The notes below the pieces were generated by a model. The model made no database searches. It had not been told where the DNA came from and saw nothing but the letters and a program-made list of their open reading frames with translations. From Seison nebaliae (Eukaryota), in the NCBI GenBank assembly GCA_023231475.1, contig JALJEE010001441.1:62001-126000 (forward strand): a stretch of DNA of 64,000 bases. Reading direction: 5' to 3'. Numbering within the stretch: position 1 is the stretch's first letter; every line of letters begins with the position of its first letter. The position numbers and the translations under genes were made by a program. This document shows positions 27,736-40,185 of this stretch, in pieces.

Positions 27736-28105
27736 ATGTCGTCGGCTATGGTATATGGAAAGAAAAATTTCCAACCTTCTCCACCTCAAAAAGGAGTTTT
27801 CCCTTTAGACAGAAAAGGTTTTCATCAATTGAATATTTGTAATTTAAATCAGATTTAATGAATGAATAATGAAATTTTCATTCTTAAAAAAGGATTATGT
27901 AAAGAGGCGTTTATCGAATATATGGATTGTTTGACGAAGAACAAGAATGAAAGTGTAAAATGTCGTGAACAATCGAAACATTATTTGGAGTGTCGAATGC
28001 AAAAGTTTTCTTTCAGTTCAATTTTCACTTTTCATGAAAATTTCTCAATTCGTCAGTCGTTTAATGTTGGAGGAGGATCTCTCACATTTTGGATTTCGTT
28101 CATAA
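27736..28105 (+). CDS. COX19: Cytochrome c oxidase assembly factor COX19 (twin CX9C), 3 exons
   Basis: Spliced product MSSAMVYGKKNFQPSPPQKGVFPLDRKGLCKEAFIEYMDCL…KCREQSKHYLECRMQNRLMLEEDLSHFGFRS*. Introns at 27818-27892 and 28005-28056. Confidence 0.92.
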
Positions 28106-28196
28106 AAATATCATTTTAATTCTCTTTAAATTTCCGAGCTCTTCGAAAATTTTTAAATAAAATTTTCTCTTTTTTTTCTCAAATGATTTTTGGAGA

Positions 28197-31100
28197 ATGT
28201 GGAATGATTTGCCAGATAAATTATTGGATAAGATTGTTGAGAGTGTGGAACGATTATCGGGGAAATGGGGATTAATGAAATTCTCTCTAGTTTGTCGATC
28301 GTGGAATTTGAGTGTGAAAAGATCATCAAAATGGAAATCGTTCAGTTTGACGGTTGAGAATGAGAATCGATATTCCATGAATAATTTTGATGATTTCTCA
28401 CCAGAATGTTATGGAGAAAATCGAATTATCGAATCCATCACATTGACCAATCGACAAGTGGAAAGATTATTAGAAAATGAATTATTTTCTTTTGATCATT
28501 TGACTCGTTTGGATTTATCGAAAATGTTCATAAATTTCGATAATCTTCATCATCTTCTCATTAATACGTCAATGAATTTGTTGTCGTTATGTTTGAATTT
28601 TCAATATTTCCAGAAAGGTCCTAACATTCATACGAGTCAATTATTTCTTGAACGATTATTATTGAATGAGAAATCGAATGAATTCTTTCGGAAACTTGAG
28701 AAGTTTTATGTGAAAAATGTTTGTGATACGAAAAAACATTCGAATTATGGAAATGATAAGGAGAAATTTTTTCGTAATGATGATTCATCATTAGCTGCTT
28801 TCGTTTTCTTTATTATTCAACAATCACAATATTCTTTGAGATCGTTCGGAGTGAAATGTATCGATCCAAATTTATTGGATCGAATTCTTTCAATTATTTC
28901 AAAAAATTTATCAATTCTTCTCATTAATGACGTGGAAGATATCGATTCGATTATTGAGAATTTCTCTGAAAGATTATCACATTTGAAATCGTTAGAAATC
29001 ACTAAATGTGATATCAAATTAAATGAATCACTTCTCTCTTTATCGATGGTGTGTGAAGAATTGGAGACATTACAAATTGGAAAGATGACGAGTATTAATC
29101 AAAAACATCTCACTTCATTCCCATCACTCAAATATTTGAGATTACATTATTTTGATAAAGTCAATTTGGATCATGACGAATTAAATACAACTCTCAAACA
29201 ATCAAGAAACGAACGAATTAACAAACACGAATTCTTCCGTCTTCCTATCAATTTGAAGAGAATCGAATATCTTCATCATCTTCACTTCCAATCATTTAAC
29301 GATCGAAATCTGTTCGAATTAGAAAACCGTCATGATGATAATGAAAATGAGATGGATGACGTGAATTTGAGGAAGAAACGTAGAAGGAAATCGAGAATGT
29401 GTTGTAGTTATATGAAATGTCGAAAATTTATAGAAGAGAATTGGACATATTTCGGAAAAGAAGAAACGAATGATGGAATCGATAATGAAACCGTCATTAG
29501 TCAATCGACGTCAAGAAATGACGATTTGTCTAATCATATAATGGGAGAGAATAGAAAGAGAAGAAATCTCTCAACGATTGGATCTGATGGAAGTAGGAGT
29601 GATGGCACTTTTTCTGATGGCAGCGATTCTTTAACAGAATATCAGGAAACGGAATTTGGTCGAGTCTCCACTTTCCTCCTTTATAATTTAACTGGAATTT
29701 ATGATAATTCCATTATATATTTCACAGCACTCATATCGGAATATGATGATAATGATATGGATTTGAAACCGTTTATTATTCAAACAAATCGATCGTTAAT
29801 TCTGGAAATTCCTCATCATGTTTTCGGTCAGTTATTCAACGACAGACCATCAACAATTGAAGATAAGACTTACATTCTCAAATTGGAGAATGTTCTACTT
29901 CTCCATTTGAATCATGATCGATATCCGATCAAATATTCATCGTTAGATGATTTGGGAGATTTGAATTTTCAAGATTGGTGTTTCCGTCAATTGGAAGTGC
30001 TCTCCATTCATTCTCATAATTATCAAAGTCAACTCAAACATTGTTTATTCTTTGCACAATTAATTATGGATTTGAGTAATGAAAATGAATTAAAAGTATT
30101 TTTATGTCGTCGTTCAAATTCCATTTTTACTCTATATCAATTTCCATTAAATCGAGTACATCGATGGAGTAATTTGTTGAGACATTTAGATCTGTTAGGA
30201 ATTTACGTCTCTCCTTTCTCTCTCGCCACTCTCGTATCTGTATCGGCGAAATGTTTAGAATCATTGAAATTCGGATATGGATGGCACACGAGAAAATGTG
30301 AAAGACGATCATGTCTCGTTTGTCGAGAAAAGAAAACGAAAAAAATCCTCCGATATCAATTCGATATGCAACCGTTATTATGCGCATTGATTGGAGAGAA
30401 TTATTTTGAAAGGAAACAAATGAAATTAAATCGTCTAATGAATTTGAAGGTGAATCGGACGACGAATAATGAATTGGAGATGAATGATGAAGAATTGAAT
30501 TATCAATTCGCCATTTTTACGAAGAATGCCACGGTAAAATTAAAGTGTCTTTATGTCATGTATGATTCGTATGAATTGGTGAATAATTTCAATGATTCTT
30601 CATGGAAATTCTCAGTAAATGATCTGAATAAGAAATGTGGAAGTTTAAAGGATATTCATCTTCTCATGTTGTCGTTAGACGAGATTAGTTACCATCAGCA
30701 ACGACGACTCGACTTAATTGATAGTAATTCATTTTCTGGCGTTCTCCTTCATTCACGTCTCACTGATATTGTCAATTGGAATATTAACATTTTTTATCAT
30801 CCATCCAAAATTCACAAACCATTCAACATTCACTTATGTTGTTTACAGAACTCAAATTCCTCATCGACATTCCTCCAAAACAATCAAACAACAACAACAA
30901 TTAGTGATAATTTAATAAGCGAATCAAATTCAATAACAACAACAACAATGAATGATGATTTAATAAGAAAATTAAATTCAACAACAACAACAACAACAAT
31001 AGAATCTCATTCAACAATAACAACAACACAATCGAAATCATCAAATTCGATATCAACAGTAAATGATAATTTCAATTCATTACCAACAACAACAACAATG

Positions 31101-31286
31101 AATGATAATTCAATGATAATTAATCATAATCAATTATTAACATGTCCATTATCGACCAAATCACAATCATCCACAACGATGACGAACACGATAAACGCTT
31201 ACAAACATATTACCCATCGTCATTGTTATCCTCCCATCATTCCTCCTCCGTTCGATTTTCATTCAAATTTCTACAAATTCTTCTAA
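28197..31286 (+). CDS. Intronless F-box protein with LRR-like segments and a Thr/Asn-rich tail (1029 aa)
   Basis: N-terminal F-box pattern WNDLPDKLLDKIV…FSLVCRSWN; LRR-like segments LTRLDLS, LKSLEITKC, LETLQIG, LRHLDL. Confidence 0.8.
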   Translation: MWNDLPDKLLDKIVESVERLSGKWGLMKFSLVCRSWNLSVKRSSKWKSFSLTVENENRYSMNNFDDFSPECYGENRIIESITLTNRQVERLLENELFSFDHLTRLDLSKMFINFDNLHHLLINTSMNLLSLCLNFQYFQKGPNIHTSQLFLERLLLNEKSNEFFRKLEKFYVKNVCDTKKHSNYGNDKEKFFRNDDSSLAAFVFFIIQQSQYSLRSFGVKCIDPNLLDRILSIISKNLSILLINDVEDIDSIIENFSERLSHLKSLEITKCDIKLNESLLSLSMVCEELETLQIGKMTSINQKHLTSFPSLKYLRLHYFDKVNLDHDELNTTLKQSRNERINKHEFFRLPINLKRIEYLHHLHFQSFNDRNLFELENRHDDNENEMDDVNLRKKRRRKSRMCCSYMKCRKFIEENWTYFGKEETNDGIDNETVISQSTSRNDDLSNHIMGENRKRRNLSTIGSDGSRSDGTFSDGSDSLTEYQETEFGRVSTFLLYNLTGIYDNSIIYFTALISEYDDNDMDLKPFIIQTNRSLILEIPHHVFGQLFNDRPSTIEDKTYILKLENVLLLHLNHDRYPIKYSSLDDLGDLNFQDWCFRQLEVLSIHSHNYQSQLKHCLFFAQLIMDLSNENELKVFLCRRSNSIFTLYQFPLNRVHRWSNLLRHLDLLGIYVSPFSLATLVSVSAKCLESLKFGYGWHTRKCERRSCLVCREKKTKKILRYQFDMQPLLCALIGENYFERKQMKLNRLMNLKVNRTTNNELEMNDEELNYQFAIFTKNATVKLKCLYVMYDSYELVNNFNDSSWKFSVNDLNKKCGSLKDIHLLMLSLDEISYHQQRRLDLIDSNSFSGVLLHSRLTDIVNWNINIFYHPSKIHKPFNIHLCCLQNSNSSSTFLQNNQTTTTISDNLISESNSITTTTMNDDLIRKLNSTTTTTTIESHSTITTTQSKSSNSISTVNDNFNSLPTTTTMNDNSMIINHNQLLTCPLSTKSQSSTTMTNTINAYKHITHRHCYPPIIPPPFDFHSNFYKFF

Positions 31287-31393
31287 TTAATTTCATCGAA
31301 TCGTCGCCCACTCTCGATGATTAATGAACTTCTATTAATGAAAAGTAACGCTGGATAGTCGCATTTTTGAGAAATATACATCATCATTCATAT

Positions 31394-31432
31394 TTACGTC
31401 AATCCTTACGTAGTTGATGACGTCAATTATAA
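31394..31432 (+). promoter_or_regulatory. Cluster of three CRE/bZIP-type sites followed by a TATA-like box
   Basis: TTACGTCA (31394), TTACGTAG (31406) and palindromic TGACGTCA (31418) at 12-bp spacing, then TATAA (31428); about 210 bp upstream of ATG 31645. Confidence 0.5.
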
Positions 31433-31644
31433 GTGGAGTAAATAAAATACTTTTAATCTCGGACATTTCAACAATTCATCATTTAAAGCAAGAATTATCG
31501 TTCAATTGATCATGATAAACATTTCTCTTTATGCATCTCAAACTATCTACATCGATATCTTATTAATTCGATTGGAAGCGAAATCGGAAAACATTATTGG
31601 GCAATAAACGAAAGAAAACCGGAAAAGTTAGAGAAAATATCATA

Positions 31645-31863
31645 ATGGACTCATCAACCGCTGGTTATATGCTGGGAGCAGGATTACGTCAAGCTGCTCT
31701 CAATTTCCAACAAAATTCGATGATGCAAAATCCGATGATGCAAAATCCATCGATGATGATGTATAATGGAATGATGAATCCATTTTATATGCCCATGATT
31801 CCATATATACCGATGCCATATCCAGTACCATATCCAGTGCCATATCAGCAGCAGTTATTTTAA
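31645..31863 (+). CDS. Small Met/Pro/Tyr/Gln-rich protein (72 aa)
   Basis: MDSSTAGYMLGAGLRQAALNFQQNSMMQNPMMQNPSMMMYNG…PYPVPYPVPYQQQLF*. In-frame internal repeats and a promoter-like upstream region. Confidence 0.55.
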   Translation: MDSSTAGYMLGAGLRQAALNFQQNSMMQNPMMQNPSMMMYNGMMNPFYMPMIPYIPMPYPVPYPVPYQQQLF

Positions 31864-34800
31864 TTTTATTTTATTCCATTTCACTCCTCCAATTTCCAGG
31901 CAATGTTGTTATTATTATTATTGAGAAGAATTAAGGAAACATTAAAAAATGTTTGTGGGAAATCGACGACGAAGACGGATCGATTCTTATTAATAGAAGA
32001 AGGAAAGAATTTTTCGATTTTTTTTTTCATGAAGGAAAAAAGGAAGGAGTCATCATCATTCTTCCGCCAATCTTTCCATTTAATTAACATGACTCCTTCA
32101 TCGATTATATCCTTCTTCAATCCGACATCCACCAAACACCTCTACTGCCTTCATCTCGGTGACAGAATGGCTCGACAGATATTCATGAGACCATCCCATA
32201 TCAACAATCTATTACGTAAGAAAGTAACGGACGAATTTTTGGTAGTTGTTGGTAAATAATGGAATTCCAGTTTGTTTTCTTTCCTCATCTCCGCCACCGT
32301 CATTGCTTTTCCTTCATTTTTGTATTTAATTTAAATTTCCTATTTTAACCTTTGTTCCCCTGTCATTCTCCCATCCATCTTTTATTTGGGACTAATTTTG
32401 TAAAAAATATTTATCTAAATTTTCATTCATCCATAGAAGAAATTGAATAAAATTAATTCTAAAAAATTAGACTGGAACTTTCTCATTCTTTCTTACTTCA
32501 ACCTGAACTGATTGATGACTAACAAAGAGAAATTTATTGTCGATTTTTGAAAAATTCGTTCAACAACTCAACATCTATTTAGGATGATGATGATGTTAAA
32601 ATGCATATCAAATATCGGAATGTGACGATCTGGAAATTCATAAATATTATTTTTGTTTCTCTCCACAATTCTCTTTTTAATTTACTTAGCAACTGAATAA
32701 AAAGATTAATTTTTCTCACTTTCATCCTTGATGTTTCCTTGGAATAAATATAGTTTCTGTAGAAAAGTAGGTTTATCTTCCATCCGTCGCCCAGATAAAA
32801 CACTGAGAAATATTCATCAAAATCAATTGTGAAGGATTGATGCATAATTATTGCTGCTTCATCAACATAATTCTGATTTGTTTCATCTGACATCGTTGTC
32901 ACCTCCAATTCGACTAATTTTTTGTATAAAAATATGAGATGTCCTTTAAACATATTCTATCTAAAGAATTGTCGAGTGATAGCGTAAGGAACTTCCCCCA
33001 TCTCTCCTTTACTACTCTCGTTCACTGCACAATAAGAATGTGAGATTTCTAGACATCTGCTTGACCTCCGAATTGATGGCTATGTATCGAGATAAGAGAG
33101 AGCTGTATGTATTCTCATAATAAAATTTGTTGAGGTCAAGTGTGGATGAAAGGAGAATGATTTCTTCTGGAAAACGATAATAGAATTCGTGTGTTGGTGG
33201 GGAGAGCAGGTATCATCATAAAAAGACGAAGGGGGAAAAGAAAAATTTAGTTGATGAATCGACATTCGTTAATGAATAAGTATGCGAGATAGATACTAAT
33301 TTGTATATCATTTACTTCCGTTTCCAAATGCCAATTCTCATATACGTATATTATCTATTCTCCTTCGAAAAGTAAGTATGAAATCGAACGACATCGTCGT
33401 GTTAATGAGCAATAGGAAATATTGACAAGAAGAAGGAACGAAATTAAAAGATTATTAAAAATCCAAATAGGATATTATTCAGGCAATCTTTCTTATTATG
33501 CCTAACTACAATTTCCTCCAACACCAAAAATTGACAACAATCTTCTTTAAAGTAATTCCCTAATTTAGTGCATTCCATTTTGAGAGTACATAGAAAATCT
33601 TATGGTGAATCAGTTCAATAAACAGGTTTTCATTCTCCTCCAAATAATTGGAATCTACTATCGTTTCATGATATAGTTTCTTTCACATTCTATCTTTCAT
33701 TTCGATATGTATTTCTCATATGATTCTCTTAATCGTAATGATTCTTATAGTTCTGTTAAAGAGATTTTTGTGAATAAAGATTAAAAATATCATTGAATGA
33801 GAATGGTATTGATAAGGATAGGAGGAATGCATATTTCAACTTTCAACTGCACAGATTAAACATCAGGAAAGATAAGAAACAGATAGAATAAATTGATGAA
33901 TGAAGGAAATTGGAAGGTTTCGTTTTATTCATTATCGTTATCATCTAATTCTGATGTTTATGATTTGTATGAGTTTCAATTAGGAATTTATCTGGTTGGT
34001 CGATTAGCTATGTCAGTCTTCAAATTACTAATTTCATTATTATTCATAAGAAAGGGACAATCCTTTATTAAATAACTGAATTGTAGACAAGACGAGACGA
34101 GACATGAGCAGATACAAATTGAACGGACGAGTTAAAATTTAGGAATAAATTTTAAAAAAAAAGAGAGTTGATTTGAAAAGTTCCTCAAACGAACGTTGTC
34201 ATGACAACGGGAATAGATAATTTTTATCATCAACTACTCTTATGTAATTGAGATAGTAGTAAATTATTTTTCTAGCTCTTATTCTGATGGAACGAAGACG
34301 CATGTGGTACTAGTGCGATAATTAGTACGATTCGGGTAGCTGATGATACTATTCCACTGAATTCTTCTTTTTCGTCTTCTTCCTACTATAATGTTTCTGT
34401 TAGGAAAAAGAAAAAGTTGTTCTTCTTATCTAATCATTCGGTTGATGAAACATCTGTAGTTTGATAAATTTACTCTCATCATCATTATTAAGAGGGGAAC
34501 TATATCATTATCGGAAGACGATTGACGAAAGAGTATTATCTTCATTATTATCTTATTTCATATGTCATCGAGAATAAGTGAATTCCTGATAATAAAGCAC
34601 TATTGATGATGTGGTGACTAATCACTTTCTCTTGTCAAAAGAATCTTTTTCAATTTTCATATCTTAAATGGATGGTGATGATTTCAGGGAAGGAAGAATT
34701 ACATTTTTTTCTCCCATTTCAATTTTCGTTATTTTTTTGAATTTTCGTGATGTTCACATCAAATGCAAAGAATCTATTTGAGAGATATTAAGGAGAAGTT

Positions 34801-35297
34801 TTATAAGGAGAATGGAAATTTTAATTAAAAGAAAAAGTTTTATTTTTTCTTTCCCCAAATGATGTGCCAATCCAGCTTGTCATAGTCGTACCGCTAGCTG
34901 GAATTAGAAGGAATAGATTAATGAAAAAAAATTCTAGCTAAAAAAACTCTATTTTTCTTATGAATTTTTTTGTGTTTTAAAAGAGAATTCTCAATATTCT
35001 TACCTGTAAGAGAATGGAAAGGAAATTAATTTAATGTTTTATTTTTGTTATGAAAAAGCATCAGAATTCGCCTTTTCTTTCCTCCTCAAATCAGTCGAGA
35101 AGATACCTTAAAAAAAATTGAATAAGTAAAGAAGCGTCGGAGAATATTTATCGAAGAAAGTGACGACGAAAAAGAAGAAGAAAGAAAGACGAAAAAAGAC
35201 TCGACTTAAATTATATTTTAATTAGATTCGAATCAACTTCATCGGATTATTGAATTTCCACAAAGTCAACTACAGCCTCCTCTCCCATTTTGTTGAT

Positions 35298-38200
35298 ATG
35301 AATGAAAAGAAACTTGATCAAGAGAAATTAGAAGAGTTTTCCTTTCTACTTCCAAACAACATTTTCATTTTTCATTCGTAAATTTCCTGTCGAATAAAAT
35401 AATCAATATTTTTAGTGCAAGCAAACATACAAATAAAAAAACTCCGTCATCGATGACGACAATATTCTCGAAGAATAAATACACAGCGAAAAATAATTGG
35501 ACAACGGTGAAAGGCGGTTCCTCCAAAATTGTTTTCCGGGTGATAATCGCTTCCTTAATTATCCTACTTCTACTATTGGTCTTATGGATGACATTGTTCA
35601 TCTACTACAAAGTTCAGTATGAGAAACGGCGATCATTTAATGAAACTAATTCACCTTATCGTCGATATTCCTTGAAATCGATAGGTAATATTTGTGTAAC
35701 CGAAGAATGTATAAAGTCAGGTTAGACATTTGATTATTAAATAAAATTTAAATATTTCATGTAGCTGCTTTCCTGATGTCAAATATGAATACGAGTGTCG
35801 ATCCTTGCGAGGATTTCTATTCATTTGCATGTGGCAATTTCGTAAGGAAAACAATTATTCCAGAAGAACATTCGATATTCACGTTGTTCACGATTCTAAG
35901 AGAGAGATTAAACAACGACATTGTACGTTCGTTTTTCTTCTATTCCTCAATTCAAATTTCTGTGTTAAATAGAAATTCTCAATCGGAACGAGAAACATTC
36001 GGTGGATACGTTGCAGAACGTCCAGAAATATTATAACGCTTGTAAAAATGAAAGTTAATTTATATAACTAATGTCTAATATAAATTATGGTTTAGGTTTA
36101 ATCGAAGCGCGAGGAGCCGAACCTCTGAAAGAGTTCATAACGAACGAGATTGGTGGATGGCCGTTACTCCATAATTATTGGCGTGAAGAATCTCAATTTG
36201 ATATTTGGAAACAGATAGTGAAAATGAGACGATTGAACAATATGATGATTGTCGGTATTTCATTGACGACGGACGAGAAGGATTCTTCCAAATATGTTCC
36301 ATCAGTTAGATAACTTAACATTCTACTTTCGAATGAAATAGAAATGTCAATTCTTCAGTTTCATCAAATCGCACCCACATTAACGCCATGGGAACATTAT
36401 ATTGAGGGCGAAAAATTAGGATTCCATAATTATTCGATAACGAAAGGTTATATGAAATTGATAAAGAAGATAGCCATCTTGTTAAAAGATGACGGGACAA
36501 CCGAAGAATATATTGATATGCAAATTGATGAAATGATGAATTTGGAATATGATATTGCTAAAGTTTCCTTCTCTTCTCCATTCCTTCTTTCTATTATTCT
36601 TAAAGAATCTCTTGACCAAAGCACAACAAAGAAATCGAGGAAAATATACGGTGAGGAAGAAGTTGTGGCAAATAGAGAATGAATTTCCCAGAGTTATTTT
36701 TCCCCTCTAAATAAAAGACCAAGTGTTTATTTACAATATTTTTCAGTTACCTGTACGTCGACTGCTTAACGAATTGATTGGAAAAGATAAAATTAAAGAT
36801 GACGATATCGTAGTCGTTTATGACAGTGCTTACATAAGGAAAATTCATCAGATTGTTCAGAAGTATAGTAAAAAGTTAAGTTGAATTTTGAAAATAAAGT
36901 AAATGCAATTTTATCTTTTCTAGAACTTTAGCGAACCACATCGCTTGGAGTATCATCTACAATAGAATAAGAGACATGCCGAAGAAATTCCGTGAGAATC
37001 AATACGAATATTTCAACATTTTGACAGGAACGTCGAAAGAGAAACGTCGAGAATTGATTTGTGCCACTTTAGTTAACGCAGCACTCGGTATGCCAGTCGG
37101 ACGATTATATGTTGATTCATTTTTTAAAGATAATTCAAAAAAAGAAGTTTTCAATTTAATTTTAATTAATTTCATCATTTATTTCTCATCTAAGGCATTG
37201 GGCATCATCCAAAATATTCGAGATACATTCAAACATACGATCGAAACTGCCCAATGGATGGAACCGACTGACAAGATTGTTGCGAAAGAAAAAGTTTCGA
37301 ATTAATTATCTTCCCTAAAATCATTTTATTTTTTAGATTAATGCCATTATAACGAAGATCGGATATCCGGAATATATAATGAACAATACGGAATTGAATA
37401 AAGAATTTCGTCGAGTTCCATCTTCATAATTTCTATTTTCTTCAAATGATTCCCGTTGCAGTATAAATTTAAAGAAGAAGATTATTTCGGAAACATCATT
37501 CAAAATCTTAAAATTAAATGGACTGAAGATCTTGAACGATTCTCATTACCGGTCAATAAAAAAAAGTTAAGAGTAATTTCAATTTGTTTATTCATCTTCT
37601 CTTTCCAAAAGATGGGTCACATATCCGGCTATTGTCAATGCATTTTATTCGACTCATAAAAATCAAATAAGTTAAATTTTCATTTAAATAAAAAAATTAA
37701 ATAATCAATTTTATTTCTTAAACAGTTTTTCCTGCTGGAATATTACAACCGCCTTTCTATCATGCCAAATATCCGAAATATTTGAATTATGGTGGAATCG
37801 GAATGGTGATCGGACATGAAATAATTCATGGCTTTGACGATGAAGGTTCATCCAATATTCAATTTTAATTTAATAATTAATTAATTATTTTAAAATTTTC
37901 TTATCGTTTTTAGGACGACGTTATGATTTGAATGGTAATCGGAAGTCTTGGTGGTCGAATTCGACGATTGAGAATTTCACGAAATTGAAGAAGTGCTTCA
38001 TCGACCAGTACAACGGTTTCTGCTTCTCGGATATTGATAAGAGTGCTTGTGTAAATGGAGTGCAGACTCAGGGGGAGAACATTGCTGATAATGGAGGTAT
38101 TAAACAAGCTTTTAAAGTTAATTTCATGATAAAAAAAGAAAAATTCAAAATATAAAAATGTTTTAGGCATATCGGAAATACATTGGGAAATTGGGTCATG

Positions 38201-38491
38201 AAGAATCGGTATTACCCGGATTAGATTTGTCACCAAATCAATTATTCTTTGTAAATTATGCTCAAGTTAGTACCGCTCTCCTATTTAGATTATTATTATT
38301 ATTATTATTGTTAGTCTTGGTGCTCAAAAGGGAGAAAGAAGGAGATATTAAACGCCTTAAAAACTTCAGTTCATTCACCGAATAAATTCCGAATTTATGG
38401 TGTTGCTAAAAACTCGAGAGATTTCGCTAAAGCCTTCTCTTGTAAGAAGAAGAGTGAAATGCATCCGGAAACGAAATGCGATTTATGGTAA
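35298..38491 (+). CDS. Neprilysin/ECE-family (M13) type II membrane metallopeptidase, 17 exons
   Basis: N-terminal [32 protein letters not shown], zinc motif [18 protein letters not shown]-terminal CDLW*. Sixteen introns of 42-80 nt, all starting GTT, restore the frame. Confidence 0.93.
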
Positions 38492-38621
38492 TTGCTCGAA
38501 TGGGAAAAAGGAATATCTTGAGAAAAAAGAGATCTGATTTCATTTTTCATCAAACATATTTATTAAGATTTTGTATATCTCTGTACAGAATGATATTTAA
38601 ATTATCTTTTCAAATAATAAA

Positions 38622-39841
38622 TTATTTCTTTTTTTTCTTCTTTGATGATTTCTTTCTGACACTCTTCTTCTTCGTTTGATAAATAATTGGTGTTTCCACT
38701 ACTTCATCTGGTGGTAAATAAGGGAGTAGAATCTCCTTTAAATCTTCTCGTTTACATAAATTTGGAATTAATTTATACAGGAATACCAATGTGAATTCTT
38801 TCGGGGATGGAATGAAAGTCGATGTAAAATCATGATGTGTTGTCGATATGGTTAATTTGGTTGGTAAATGGAGTCTGGTATGGAAACGGAAACTCACCGG
38901 TTCCTTATATATCCGTCCAAGGTTTCTATGTTGTGAATGGTATTTGGTGAACGGCGACAAATGTTTCTCCATCATTTCATAATATTCGTAAGAGAATTGA
39001 TAATTATTGTCGACGAGAGAATGTTTCTTTCGATCTAAAAAATCTTTTTTGAATTTATCATATTTCTCTTCCACCACCCGATCATTATCATAATCATCAT
39101 CTCTCTCAATTGATGGTTTTGTTCGAACATTATCAATCGATATATTTTTTTGGATAGAGAAATCTAATGATCGAAATGTATCATCCGTTTGATGATGACG
39201 AGCTAAACGACTTTTCCATTGATATTTGGCTGACGGTTGAAAATTTGTTATTCTTCTTGACGTATTTCTACTTGTAGCAGTCATGGCTCTGGGATAAGGC
39301 ACCGGATTGAATTTCAAATCATTAGAATTTCCATTCTTGTTGGAATATAATTGTCGATGAATATAAAATTTGATATTGGGATGGAATGAACAATTTCGTT
39401 TTAATAAAATTTTTATTATCTTTAAAACGAATTTTAGAAATGAAAAATTTTAAAAAAAATTCTACTTTCAAATTACATTGAAGAATGGCATAATCGAATA
39501 TTGTGAAATTCTTATAATCCTTCCGATTCAAAATCAGATTACTCTTCTCATTTTCCGGCAATATGGACAGCAAATGTTGTAAAACAAATTCATTTTTGTT
39601 GATTATGGATCGATGGAATATCGTCTGTCCATTATAGTCGATCATGTTCAATTTCGGAGAATGTTCCAATAAATGTAGAATTTTCAAAATATCATTATTG
39701 ATCACCGCCGAAAAAAGAGTGCATGAAATATCACCTTCCGATGCCAAACGATGAATCTCCTCGTCATAATTTAACATTTGACCGAAAACTTTCTAAAATA
39801 TTTTCAGGTTATTTGTTCTCCGATAAGAATGGAACGTACAT
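38622..39841 (-). CDS. Ankyrin-repeat protein with Lys-rich C-terminus (3 exons)
   Basis: Ankyrin-like segments DYNGQTIFHRS and DYKNFTIFDYAILQCNLKIIKILLKRN. Introns at 39835-39793 (GTTCCA) and 39465-39420 (GTAGAA). Confidence 0.75.
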
Positions 39842-40185
39842 TTTTTTTTAATGTTTGTTTTCCTAATTGTCATAGAAACATTTAGAAATACTTCTCAATG
39901 ACATTTATTCTTCTCTTTATTTTCAATTAGAATTACGATGCATGATGATGATGAGAATAATTGTTGACAGGAAAAAATTTGATGACGTCCGATAGAGAGA
40001 CATCTATTGAAAGAATAAATTTTAGTTGGATAAAAATAATAGAATATCAAAATATATACATAGAACATTAGAAAGTGTACGATGAAAAAAAATAGAGAAA
40101 TAAACGGAGAATGAATTGTGTGAAGGAAAGATTGATCTATTTCCATTACTGACATAACTTAAAAAATTAAAATAGAATATATTTT

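Noticed and set aside
31881..33700. ORFs of 60-124 aa on both strands
   Set aside because: No family similarity and no convincing exon chain; could be a decayed gene but unsupported.
4944..35020. Pyrimidine-tract AG|GTAA sites resembling recursive splice points (4964 +, 7823 -, 35004 -) and a perfect CAG|GTAAGT at 3753
   Set aside because: No host intron is demonstrated, the strands are inconsistent, and GTA donors are disfavoured in the reconstructed introns.
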